DNA from: an uncultured Actinomycetes bacterium
GTDB lineage: Bacteria > Actinomycetota > UBA4738 > HRBIN12
Assembly: GCA_963704885.1 (NCBI GenBank)
Contig: CAVPIB010000004.1
Coordinates: 768,001 to 832,000 of the forward strand
Direction: 5' to 3'
Length of the DNA: 64,000 nt
The notes under the pieces were generated by a model. It made no database searches, was not told where the DNA came from, and saw only the letters and a list, made by a program, of their open reading frames with translations. Positions 1-10,147 of this stretch are shown piece after piece (position 1 is the stretch's first letter; each line of letters starts with the position of its first letter). Position numbers and translations under genes: made by a program.

Positions 1-72
1 GGCCAGGTGCTCGGCGTGCTGACGCGGAGCGACCTGCTGGACTTCCTGGCCCACCGACAGCGGACGCCTTAG
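1..72 (+). CDS. 3' end of probable cystathionine beta-synthase (C-terminal CBS domain), partial
   Basis: Frame 1 reads GQVLGVLTRSDLLDFLAHRQRTP*, typical of an actinobacterial CBS C-terminus; lies upstream of a cystathionine gamma-synthase/lyase gene. Confidence 0.6.
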   Translation, partial: GQVLGVLTRSDLLDFLAHRQRTP

Positions 73-75
73 CGC

Positions 76-915
76 GTGCGATCGCTCGGCATCGATGTCG
101 GTGTGACCAAGGGCCTGGACCTGGTCCTGATGGACGAACGCCGGGTGCCACTCGCGGTACGGGCGCACGTCGGACCGGGCGAGGTGGGCGCGCTCCTGGA
201 TGAGCTGCGCCCCGACGTGATCGCGATCGACTCCCCGCCGCGATGGGCGGCGAGCGGCCGTTCGCGCCGCACCGAAAGAGAGCTGGCCTCGTGCAACATC
301 CAGTCGTTCAACACGCCGTCTGAGGCCCACGGCCGCGGTAACGCGTTCTTCCGCTGGATGGAGGTGGGGTTCGAGGTCTTCCGGGTGGCGAACGAGCGCG
401 GCTTCTCCACGTACAGCGGCGGCAACCCTAAGGGTCGGGCGCTGGAGGTCTTCCCGCACGCGACTGCCGTGGTGCTGGCGGGGAGTCTTCCGCCGAAGGG
501 CATCTCGAAACACGGCTGGCGTGAACAGGTATTGCGCGCCCAGGGCGTCCGGACCGACGAGCTGACCTCGGGGGACCGGATCGACGCGGCCCTGGCTGCG
601 CTCACGGGCCTGATCGCGCTCGAAGGTAAGCGATTCGCCCCCGGCGATCCGAAGGACGGCGTGATCGTCCTGCCCGTGAGCACGCTGCCGGCAAAGCCGT
701 TCCGCCGGGCGGCGCGCGCGCCGGCGGTGGTGGCGCCGCTCTTCAACTACTGTGCCTGCGGCGATCCGGCGTGCGACGAGTTAGTGCGGAGCCAGTTCGC
801 GCCCGGGCACGACGCCAAGCGCAAGGCCGCGCTCTGGCGGCAGGCGCGAGAAGGCCAGGAAGCGATCGACGAGCTACAGGAGCGAGGATGGAAGCTGCCC
901 CCGGAGATGCGGTAG
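76..915 (+). CDS. DUF429 family protein (RNase H-like fold) with C-terminal Cys/His-rich extension
   Basis: N-terminal LGIDVG, VIAIDSP, RRTEREL, LEVFPHA and DRIDAALAA motifs; tail YCACGDPAC...FAPGHD. Confidence 0.75.
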   Translation: MRSLGIDVGVTKGLDLVLMDERRVPLAVRAHVGPGEVGALLDELRPDVIAIDSPPRWAASGRSRRTERELASCNIQSFNTPSEAHGRGNAFFRWMEVGFEVFRVANERGFSTYSGGNPKGRALEVFPHATAVVLAGSLPPKGISKHGWREQVLRAQGVRTDELTSGDRIDAALAALTGLIALEGKRFAPGDPKDGVIVLPVSTLPAKPFRRAARAPAVVAPLFNYCACGDPACDELVRSQFAPGHDAKRKAALWRQAREGQEAIDELQERGWKLPPEMR

Positions 916-2045
916 ACGGCGAGCACTTCGAGACTCGCGCCATCCACGCGGGTCAGGACCCCGAGGGACTGTACGGCGCGGTGAACGTCCCCATCTATCA
1001 GACGTCGACCTACGCCCAGGATGCCGTGGGCGAGTTCAAGAAGTGGGACTACGGCCGAGGAGGTAACCCGACGCGCGAGGCGTTCCAGGTTGCGCTTGCG
1101 GCCCTGGAGGGTGGTACCGATGGCTTCGCGTTCGCAAGCGGCCTGGGCGCCGAGACCACCCTGTTGCTCACCCTGCAGCCCGGCGACCACGTGGTGCTTG
1201 CGGACGACGTCTACGGCGGCACGTACCGCCTGCTGTCGAAGGTGTTCGCAGGTTGGGGGCTGACGTTCTCGACCGCGGATCTGAGCGACGCGGCGGCGCT
1301 GGGGGCGGCGCTCACGCCACAGACCCGGCTGGTCTGGATCGAGACGCCGTCCAACCCGCTCCTGAAGATCGTAGACATCGCCGCGATCGCCGATGTTGCG
1401 CACGCGGCGGGTGCGCGGGTCGTCGTCGACAATACGTTCGCAACACCTGCGCTGCAGCGGCCCTTGGAGTTCGGCGCCGACGCCGTCGTCCACAGCGTGA
1501 CGAAGTACATCGGCGGCCATTCGGATCTGATCGGCGGCGCGATCGTGACGAGCGATGCCGAGTGGATCGAGCGCCTCGGCTTCCTGGTGAACGCGGTGGG
1601 CGCGGTGCCGGGGCCCATGGACTGCTACCTGGCGCTACGCGGACTGAAGACGCTTGCCGTGCGGATGCGCGCGCACTGCGAGGGCGCGCGCGCGATCGCC
1701 GCGTTCCTCGCGCAACACCCTCGGGTCCAAGCGGTCCACTACCCCGGGCTGGCATCACATCCGGGACACGGCGTAGCGGCCCGTCAGATGTCGGACTTCG
1801 GCGGGATCGTTACGTTCGAGGTCGGCTCGGCAGAGGAGGCCTTGGCGGTCGTGCAGGGCACGCGGCTGTTCTTCCTCGCGGAGTCGCTCGGTGGCGTCGA
1901 GTCCTTGATCGAGGTACCTGGGCCTATGACTCATGCCAGCGTCGCCGGGTCCCCGCTGGAGGTGCCACCGACGTTGATACGACTTTCGGTCGGGATCGAG
2001 CACCCCGACGACCTGATCGCGGACCTGGAGCGAGCGCTCGGGTAG
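888..2045 (+). CDS. metB: Cystathionine gamma-synthase/gamma-lyase (PLP-dependent)
   Basis: FETRAIHAG, PIYQTSTY, YGRGGNPTR, ETPSNP, VVDNTFATP, HSVTKYIGGHSD (PLP lysine), LAESLGGVESL; ATG at 888 with an AGGAG-like RBS. Confidence 0.9.
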   Translation: MEAAPGDAVDGEHFETRAIHAGQDPEGLYGAVNVPIYQTSTYAQDAVGEFKKWDYGRGGNPTREAFQVALAALEGGTDGFAFASGLGAETTLLLTLQPGDHVVLADDVYGGTYRLLSKVFAGWGLTFSTADLSDAAALGAALTPQTRLVWIETPSNPLLKIVDIAAIADVAHAAGARVVVDNTFATPALQRPLEFGADAVVHSVTKYIGGHSDLIGGAIVTSDAEWIERLGFLVNAVGAVPGPMDCYLALRGLKTLAVRMRAHCEGARAIAAFLAQHPRVQAVHYPGLASHPGHGVAARQMSDFGGIVTFEVGSAEEALAVVQGTRLFFLAESLGGVESLIEVPGPMTHASVAGSPLEVPPTLIRLSVGIEHPDDLIADLERALG

Positions 2046-2297
2046 GGGCTACAACACCGAGGCCAGGTCGCGTCGGAGGGACCTCGAACCCGATCGTCGT
2101 CGACCGGCCAAAAGGCTTATAGACCATCCCCCGCTCCCAGGTCTAACATAGGTCATCCGTCCGAGTTCCAATCCTTCGTGGGCGTATAGATCTGAGGAGA
2201 CCACGAACTGAATCCCCCCGATGCTGGCCGGGGCCTACTGTCGATCAGGAGGTCCCGTCCAGCGGCCACTCGCATTTCGCACACGATCACCTGGGTC

Positions 2298-5200
2298 GTG
2301 CTCGCTGGTCTGCTATCGACGACCCTGGCCGTCGCCACGGCCAGACCCGCGCGGGCGTTGTCCCCGGTCCTGCTCGCCGATTGGGAGATGAACGAAGCGC
2401 CGGGTTCGCAAGTGATGACCGACAACAGCGGCAACGACATCAACGGCGCGATCGGGAGCGCGGTCCAGGTCGGCACTTTCCTGGACGGGGCGACCGGCTA
2501 CGCCTGGGACAACGGCAGCCCCACCGCACCGCCGCCCAAGCCTGAGCGCCTCGTGACGGTCTCCGACAGTCGCCTCAATCCGGGGAACCGGGACTTCGCC
2601 ATCACTATCCGCTTCCGTACCACCCGTTCGTACGGGAACATGATCCAGAAGGGCCAGTCGCAGACCCCCGGCGGCTATTTCAAATGGGAGATCCCCAGCG
2701 GGATCCTCATGTGCCTGTTCAGGTCGCGCAGCCAGAACGGCACGCTTCTGGGTGAGAAGTCCGTCAAGTCGCCCGCGAGCATGCCGCTCAACGACGGCGT
2801 GTGGCATACGGTCCGGTGCGAGAAGACGGTCGATCGGGTGACGATGACTATCGACGGAACGACCACCGTGCGATCGTCGCGGGGCACCATCGGGAGCATC
2901 TCGAACACCGTCCCCCTGACCATCGCGGGGAAATCGAACTGCGACCAGGTCGAGATCACGTGTGACTACTTCAGCGGCAACATCGACTACATCCGCATCG
3001 AAGCCGGCAAGACGGGGACCGATCTCCAGCCTCCGACGACGCCGGGGCAGCCGACCGGAGAGAGCCACGGCTACAGCGTGACCGACCTCACCTGGGCGGG
3101 CTCGACCGACAACGTGAGCAGCACCCTCCAGTACCGGGTCTATCGCGATGGCGGCTTGATCGCCATCACGCCCAGCTCAGCGTCAACGGTCCACTACACC
3201 GACACGGGACTGGCTCCCGGATCGACCCACACCTACTCGATCCTCGCATCGGATCTGTCGGGCAACGTCAGTCCGATGAGCCCGGTCTCCGCTCCGATCC
3301 AAACCGAGGTCGCTCCGCTGGGCACGTTCGTCGACGACTTCTCGAGCGGGTTCACGAACTGGAACACAGTGACGGGCATGACGATCGACGGATCGATCGG
3401 CGATGCGGACGCGCCGAGCGCTCGGGTGCAGGTCAACGACGCGGCCGCGACCGCGTCGAAGGTGCTGCCCAGCACGCTCAGCTCGGCGTGCACGAGCTTC
3501 CACATCAACGCGACCGCGCTCGTCTCCAACTCGATCCTGATGCGGCTGCGCACCGCGGTCGACGGGAACATCCTCCGGTTGTTCGTCGATACCGCGGGCA
3601 TGCTTCGGCTTCGCTCGGACGTGTCGAGCACGCAATCGCCCGCGACCGTCCCGCTGGGGACCGGGGCTTGGCACACCCTCGAAGTGTGCGGGACCGTCGG
3701 CACAACCGGTTCGTGGAGTCTGTATCGGGATGGTGCCCTGATCCTCAACCAGTGGGTCGTCAACACGGGCACGGCGCCCATCGGGCGGCTCGAGCTCGGT
3801 GACTTCAACGCCCGGACGTGGACCGCGAACTACGACACGGTGATCGTCGACCAAGCCGCGGGAGAGCAGCTGCCGGACACCGACGGGCCGACGACGCCCG
3901 GTCAGCCGACGGGTACCAGCACGTCGGCGGGCCGCATCGACCTGACGTGGGGCGCTTCGACCGATCAGACCCCGCCGATCACGTACCGGATCTACCGCGA
4001 CGGTGACACTGCCCCGATCGGTCAGACCACCGGTACGACGTTCAGCGACACAGGTCTCGTCGACGGGTCGTCCCACACCTATGCGGTGGACGCGGTGGAC
4101 GCGGTCGGCGGGACGCCCAACGTGAGCCAGCTGAGCCCGTCCTCGGACCCGATCACGGTCTTCACTCCCGTGCCGGACACCGACGGGCCGACGACGCCCG
4201 GTCAGCCGACTGGTACCAGCACGTCGGCGGGCCGCATCGACCTGACATGGGGCGCTTCGACCGATCAGACCCCGCCGATCACATACCGGATCTACCGCGA
4301 CGGTGACACTGCCCCGATCGGTCAGACCACCGGCACGACGTTCAGCGACACCGGTCTCGTCGACGGGTCGTCCCACACCTACGCGGTGGACGCGGTGGAC
4401 GCGGTCGGCGAGACGCCCAACGTGAGCCAGCTGAGCCCGTCCTCGGACCCGATCACGGTCTTCACTCCCGTGCCGGACACCGACGGGCCGACGACGCCCG
4501 GTCAGCCGACTGGTACCAGCACGTCGGCGGGCCGCATCGACCTGACATGGGGCGCTTCGACCGATCAGAGCCCGCCGATCACGTACCGGATCTACCGCGA
4601 CGGTGACACTGCCCCGATCGGTCAGACCACCGGCACGACGTTCAGCGACACAGGTCTCGTCGACGGGTCGTCCCACACCTACGCGGTGGACGCGGTGGAC
4701 GCGGTCGGCGAGACGCCCAACGTGAGCCAACTGAGCCCATCCTCGGACCCGATCACGGTCTTTACGCCGCCACCCTTCATCTTCGCCGACGACTTCTCGA
4801 CGGGGAACTTCGCGAATTGGTCGGGGTAACGAGGCTCACGATCGACGCCACGCAGGGATCCGGCGCCTTGCCGAGCGCCCGGGCGCAGGTGAGCGGCCAG
4901 AGCGCTTGGGCCTACCGGACCCTTTCGGAGACGTACACCTCGGCGTGCATGAGCGTGAACATCAACGCGACGTCGTTCGGCGGCAACGCGGTCGCCTTGT
5001 TGCGGTTGCGGACGTCCACGGATGACCCAATCGTGCGGGTCTACGCGAGCGCGACGGGGGTCCTTTCGACACGCTCGGACGTCTCCGGGGCCACGTTCAG
5101 CTCCGGCGTCACGCTCGGCGCCGGCTGGCACCACCTTGAGCTTTGCGGCGCGGTCGGGAGCACAGGTGCGTGGGACCTCTACCGAGACGGCGTGCAGATC

Positions 5201-5323
5201 GTGAACGGATGGGTCTCGAACACCGGCACGACACCGATCGGCAGGATCCAGATCGGCGACACAGCGGCGAAGTCGTTCACGATCAACTGGGATGACGTGG
5301 TGCTCGATCAGGTCGTGGGGTGA
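2298..5323 (+). CDS. Secreted multidomain protein: LamG/ConA-like domain, FN3 repeats and two related beta-sandwich domains; frameshift near 4825
   Basis: Signal-like N-terminus (PARA); LamG-like NDGVWHTV; FN3 units PTTPGQPT..LTW..STD..YRIYRDG..Y.V.A.D; ORF 4817-5323 continues the protein if one G is restored in the G run at about 4823-4826. Confidence 0.75.
3871..4762 (+). repeat. Intragenic tandem repeat of about three 300-bp units, each encoding a 100-aa FN3 domain
   Basis: Units start at 3871, 4171 and 4471 (tgccggacaccgacgggccg...) and differ at only a few bases. Confidence 0.95.
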
Positions 5324-5673
5324 GTTCCAGACCTGAACGTGCGCAACACCAGAGCTGCCTCCACAAGAGCCAGCTGGAAACAGACCGATTCCCGAGCGGG
5401 TAAATCCTGGGCTGACGCATCACCCAGCTGACCATCCGTGGGCGAGGGCGAAGTCAACGGCGCCCCAACGATCGCTCTTGGATGCAGAATGCTGACGACG
5501 CGTGCAGTAGGGACCGACAGCGACTCCACTGCGACTTCCCAACCTGCTCCCGCTCTGCCGGCGCCACCATCGGTTAGTCCACCAAGCGGTTTCGGGTTGG
5601 AGCTCGAGGGCGACGTCCGCTGTTCAGAAGACCCGACGGATCGCCGTTGGAGGATCGGGCTCCCCCGTAACGA

Positions 5674-5838
5674 CTAGGACTTCGGGCGCTTCATGTAGGC
5701 GACCAGGCTCTTGCCGCCCATCGGGTTCTCGATCTGGGCGACCGAGACAAGCTCCCATCCGTCCTCTCCGAACGTGTTCAGGATCTCGCCGGGGTTGTGC
5801 TCCAGGAGCGGTGCCACGAAGTACTCCCACTTCTGCAT
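5674..5838 (-). CDS. DUF4177-like small protein (54 aa), absent from the ORF track
   Basis: Translated by hand: MQKWEYFVAPLLEHNPGEILNTFGEDGWELVSVAQ...AYMKRPKS*; WEY and GEDGWELV motifs. Confidence 0.8.
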   Translation of the reverse strand: MQKWEYFVAPLLEHNPGEILNTFGEDGWELVSVAQIENPMGGKSLVAYMKRPKS

Positions 5839-5842
5839 CTAC

Positions 5843-6281
5843 TCATCCTTCCGTGTCGAGCCGCTTGATCGTGTTCCGGATGCATACGCCCATGATGACT
5901 TCCAGGCCCGCCTCCGACGCGATCCGATAGGCCTCTTCGTTCACGATCCCGTCCTGCAGCCAGAGCACCTTCGCGCCGATCGCCACTGCGTCGCGCGCCA
6001 CGTCGGGTGTCTGCTCCGCGCGCCGGAACACGTCCACCACGTCGACCTGGATCTCGTCCGGGATGTCACCCAACGAGCGCGTACGCCCGCTCGCCAAGCA
6101 CTTCCGTCTCACGCGGGTTGACCGGAACGATCCGATAGCCGCGCTCCTGCAGGTACTCGGCCACGCCGTACGACGGGCGATCGGGCTTGGACGACAACCC
6201 GACGACGGCGATCGTGTGGGAATCGCCCAGCAGCGCCCGGAGCTCTCGATCCTCGGGCGCGCTCACCGCTGGATCAACCAC
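5843..6281 (-). CDS. CoA-binding protein (YccU-like); frameshift near 6080
   Basis: IAVVGLSSKPDRPSYGVAEYL..GY.IVPVNP in one frame; VDVVDVFRR..LWLQDGI in the adjacent frame. Confidence 0.85.
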
Positions 6282-6850
6282 GATGCCTCCCTCCGTACCA
6301 CCTCGAGCAATGAGTGCAGCATCCACCCGGTCGCTCCCCAGATGGTGTGTCCGTCCAGCTCGTAGGCGAACCCCTGCCAGGCCGTTCCGCCTTCGCGCGC
6401 GATCTCTACCGCGCGCTCCACCGCGGCAAGCCGCGCCACGGGGAACGTCAGCACCTCCTGGATCTCCTCATCGCTCACGGTGAACGCCGGCGGGGCCGCC
6501 AACATGCCCACGAACGGGATCACCAGGATCCCACTCACGAACGTGTGGACAGCCGGGAGCGCCCCGACCAGCTCAAACTCCGCCGGGACCAGGCCTATCT
6601 CCTCGAACGCTTCACGTAGCGCGGTGTCTCGAAGCGTCTCGCCCGGGTCCTGCAGCCCTCCAGGGAACGAGATCTCCCCGGCGTGCCGAGAGAGATCATT
6701 CGAACGGACCGTGAACACTATCGAGGGCTCGGGCGCTTCCACGAACGGCGCGACCACCGCCGCCAACCGGTCGCCCGGGCCGGGCGCCGGGACGGGGTCC
6801 TGGTCGAGCGCAGACCGCAGCGCCTCCCGGAGTTGTTCGACGGGTACCAT
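6263..6850 (-). CDS. NUDIX hydrolase, CoA pyrophosphatase subfamily
   Basis: HAGEISFPGG..ALREAFEEIGL Nudix box; IWGATG motif. Confidence 0.9.
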   Translation of the reverse strand: MVPVEQLREALRSALDQDPVPAPGPGDRLAAVVAPFVEAPEPSIVFTVRSNDLSRHAGEISFPGGLQDPGETLRDTALREAFEEIGLVPAEFELVGALPAVHTFVSGILVIPFVGMLAAPPAFTVSDEEIQEVLTFPVARLAAVERAVEIAREGGTAWQGFAYELDGHTIWGATGWMLHSLLEVVRREASWLIQR

Positions 6851-6858
6851 CGGGCGCC

Positions 6859-8074
6859 ATGGTAGAGGAGGCCGATACCGACTCAGCCGCCGCGGCCGCG
6901 CGGGCGGTCGAGCGCGGATCAGGTCCTTGCGTTCGCGCGGGCCTTGATCGCCGCGCCCAGCGAGAACCCCGGCGGCACCGAGGACGAGGCAGCGGCCGTA
7001 GCGTCGGACATCCTCACCGAGCTAGGTGCCAACCCTCGCACGATCCGTAGTGTTGAGGGCCGGCCGAGCGTCGTCGCCTCGCTCGGGACCGATCCCCGCC
7101 CCTCCCTTGCCTGGAACGGACACCTCGACGTGGTTCCCGCCGGAGACCCGTCCAACTGGTCCCACGATCCGTGGGCCGGCGATGTCGCGGATGGCCGGCT
7201 GATCGGGCGCGGAGCGGCCGACATGAAGGGACCGATCGCGGCGGCGCTCGCGGCGGCGGCGGCCGTCGGCCGGGCCGGCCTGGAGCTGGCCGGCACGCTC
7301 ACCTTCCATCTGGCGGCCGACGAAGAGCTCGCCGGCATCCACGGGACCAAGGTGCTCTGGGAGCAGGGCCTGCTGAACCAGGATGCATGCGTGGTCGGCG
7401 AACCGAGCGATCTGTCGATCGGGCTGGCCGAGCGCGGCGGGGCGTGGATCACCGCCACGGCCCGCGGGAAGGCTGCCCACGGGTCGCAGCCTCACCTGGG
7501 CGTGAACGCGATCACTTCGATGGCGCATCTCCTGCTCCGGCTACCAGAGGTACTGCCGGACATCGAGCATCCACTGGTCGGACGCCCGACGGTGAATGCC
7601 GCCCTGATCGCCGGAGGCAGCGCGCCCAACGTGGTGCCGGACGGCTGCGAGGTGGACATCGACCGCCGGACCATCCCAGGCGAAACCGACCCCGCTCTGG
7701 TACTCGCGCCGTTCGACCGCCTGGGCGCGGCCATCCGATCGGAGCATCCCCAGGTCGACCTGACGTTCAAGATGCGCGAATGGACCGACGCGGCCGAGGC
7801 ACCCAGGGACTCGGCGATCGCCGATGTGGCACGGGCGGCCGTTGCAGCGGAGCGTGGCGCCCCGATCACCGACGTGGGGTTCACGGGCATCACCGACGCG
7901 CGCTTCTACATCAACCAGGCCGCCATCCCCACCGTGATCCTTGGTCCCGGCTCGTTGTCGGTCGCCCACACCGCGAACGAATGGGTCGCGGTGGACGACC
8001 TGGTGAGTGCGGCCCGGATCTACGCACGGATGTTCGTGACCTTCCTCGGGGCTGCCCGCCGGCCGAACGCGTAG
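6859..8074 (+). CDS. M20 family metallopeptidase/deacylase (ArgE/DapE-like); probable frameshift near 6910
   Basis: NGHLDVVP, GRGAADMKG, DEE, GEPS, GKAAHGS and AHTANE motifs; ATG 6859 joins ORF 6944-8074 if one base is removed. Confidence 0.85.
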
Positions 8075-8093
8075 CTGAGGGTATCCTGGTGCC

Positions 8094-8444
8094 ATGGACG
8101 CCATGACCTCCGAGGACGTCATCGCCGTGACGGACAAGGCCGCTCGCAAGGCGCGCCAGCTCGCCGCCAAGGATGGGCGTCCCGACGCGGCACTCCGCGT
8201 GCGGGTCCTGGCCGGCGGATGCTCGGGCTTCACCTACGAGCTGTCGTTCGCCGAGGGCCCCGATCAAGGCGACGCCGTGATCTCCGGACCTGACGGCTTC
8301 CGGGTTCTGGTCGATCCGGTCAGTCAGCCGATCGTGCGTGGTTCCACGCTCGACTTCGACGAAGCCTTGATGGGCGGTGGCCTGAAGATGCTGAACCCGC
8401 AGGCGAAGCACGAGTGCGCCTGTGGCGATTCGTTCAGCATCTAG
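8094..8444 (+). CDS. A-type Fe-S cluster carrier (HesB/IscA/ErpA family)
   Basis: GGCSGFTY and C-terminal CACGDSF motifs. Confidence 0.92.
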   Translation: MDAMTSEDVIAVTDKAARKARQLAAKDGRPDAALRVRVLAGGCSGFTYELSFAEGPDQGDAVISGPDGFRVLVDPVSQPIVRGSTLDFDEALMGGGLKMLNPQAKHECACGDSFSI

Positions 8445-8459
8445 CTTCCGAGCCACGCG

Positions 8460-8820
8460 TCACGAAACCGTCAGGGTCCCCTTCATCGTTTCCGGGTGGT
8501 ACTCGCAGTGGAACCCGATCGTCTCGGTCGCATCGAACGTCAGCGTGGCGGACTCGCCGGCCTCTACGTCCTGACCGGCGCTGTCATCGTCCAGGGTGAA
8601 GCTGTGCTCCACCGCACCAGTGTTGGTGATGGTGATCGTGTGCTCGCCAGACGACACCTCGAGCGTGGCCGGATCGAATGCGAAGTCCTCGACCGTGATC
8701 GCCAGATCCGACGTCGCGCCGTCGCCGCTTCCGGCCTCGTCATCACCGCTCGCAGGCGACGCCCACGAGCGTCAGCGCCAGTAGCGCACCACCGATACCG
8801 ATCCACCGCCGTCCTCGCAT
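8460..8820 (-). CDS. Cupredoxin-domain lipoprotein; frameshift near 8750
   Basis: Lipoprotein-like signal (LVGVAC), DFAFDPATLEV, HSF and FHCEYHPETMKG type-1 copper ligands. Confidence 0.75.
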
Positions 8821-8908
8821 TTCACCCACCCTGGTCTCGTGATCGCCGGTACTACGTGCGGGCGGGCGCTGCGGTTCGCGGATCGGACCCGACATATACT
8901 CAGGCTTG

Positions 8909-10036
8909 ATGCCCTCCTCGGCGGACAAGACTCAGTGGCACGACCTGTACCACGAGGTCGTGATGACCGGGATCTGCACGGGCTGCACGGCATGCATCGT
9001 TGCCTGTCCCTTCCACGTGCTGGACTACGAGAACGACGTCCCGGTCCAGTTGCAGGAGGAGGGCGTGGACCAGTGCTCGCACGGCGAGAAGGGCTGCGAT
9101 ATCTGCACGCGCGCCTGCCCGCGGTTCCGCGATTGGGAGGGCGAGATCGATCAGACCCTCTTCGGCATGACGCGGAAGCCGGAAGACGTGATAGGTCAGT
9201 ACCACGAGATCTGGTTGGCCCGCGCCACCGACGCGCCATCACTCGCGCAAGGACAGGACGGCGGGGTCGTCTCTGCCCTGCTGATCTGGGGTCTCGCCAA
9301 CAACGAGATAGACGGGGCCTGCACATCCAAGCTCTCCGACGACCAGCCGTGGGGCGCGGAGCCGACCGTCGTGACCGACGCGCAAGGAGTGCTGGACACC
9401 GCGGGCTCTCGCTACACCTACTCCGCCAATCCCCTCGCGCTGATCAAGGCGGCCGAGTTCGGCTTGTCCAAGGTGGCGCTCGTTGGGATGAGCTGCCAGG
9501 CGTCGGTCACCGGCGCCATGGAGGCACGCCGTGTGAACAAGTGGCGGAAGAAGATCGCGTGGACCTTCGGCTTGCTCTGCTCGAAGTCGTTCACGTACGA
9601 CGGACTAATGGTCGAGATCGCGCAGAACCAGCTGGGCCTTGACCTGGATCACCTGGCACGCGTGAACGTGAAGGGCAAGCTCTTGTTCTACACGGATACC
9701 GGCGACGAGCACACGTACTCATTGAAGGCTGCGCACGAGTTCACACGACCTGGGTGCCTGCGCTGTCCGGACTTCGCGGCGGAGCACGCCGACATCTCTT
9801 TCGGTGGCCTGGGCCAGTCGGAGGGCTGGACCCTCACGATCGTGCGAACCGACCGAGGGCTCGACATCTGGAACAGGGCGGTCGCCGACGGCGTGGTCGA
9901 GGCCCGGCCGGCCTCGGAGGATCCCAAGGCCGTGGAACTCATGTTCAAGCTGGCCGCCAGGTCCCGCGATCGCTGGCCGGACACGGCCGGAACACGAACG
10001 GACCCCTCCCCCGGCCTGGTCCCCGACCCCGCCTGA
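8909..10036 (+). CDS. F420 hydrogenase/dehydrogenase beta-subunit family protein (FrhB-like) with N-terminal ferredoxin domain
   Basis: CTGCTACIVACP and CDICTRACP clusters; GQDGGVVSALL, AGSRY, VGMSCQ, GLLC and GCLRCPDF..ADISFGG motifs. Confidence 0.88.
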   Translation: MPSSADKTQWHDLYHEVVMTGICTGCTACIVACPFHVLDYENDVPVQLQEEGVDQCSHGEKGCDICTRACPRFRDWEGEIDQTLFGMTRKPEDVIGQYHEIWLARATDAPSLAQGQDGGVVSALLIWGLANNEIDGACTSKLSDDQPWGAEPTVVTDAQGVLDTAGSRYTYSANPLALIKAAEFGLSKVALVGMSCQASVTGAMEARRVNKWRKKIAWTFGLLCSKSFTYDGLMVEIAQNQLGLDLDHLARVNVKGKLLFYTDTGDEHTYSLKAAHEFTRPGCLRCPDFAAEHADISFGGLGQSEGWTLTIVRTDRGLDIWNRAVADGVVEARPASEDPKAVELMFKLAARSRDRWPDTAGTRTDPSPGLVPDPA

Positions 10037-10147
10037 CCAGCGCTTCCGTAGGCAGATTCACGCCCGGCGGTTCCTCGCCGATACAACAGTCAGGACCCGA
10101 ACTCGGGCATGCCTCCGCACGATCGGGGGTCGGGGGAGGAAAGACGA

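Noticed and set aside
2200-2240. c-di-AMP (ydaO) riboswitch suggested by CTGAATCC..CCGGGG
   Set aside because: The downstream conserved elements of that riboswitch could not be found
3871-4762. Regular repeat as a CRISPR array or mobile element
   Set aside because: Units are 300 bp, contiguous, in-frame FN3 domains with no spacers and no cas genes
5324-5673. Unassigned 350-bp gap; ORF 5308-5529 has a faint P450-like LALVEAALVL stretch
   Set aside because: No heme-binding FxxGxxxCxG motif, no convincing ORF and no clear RNA structure
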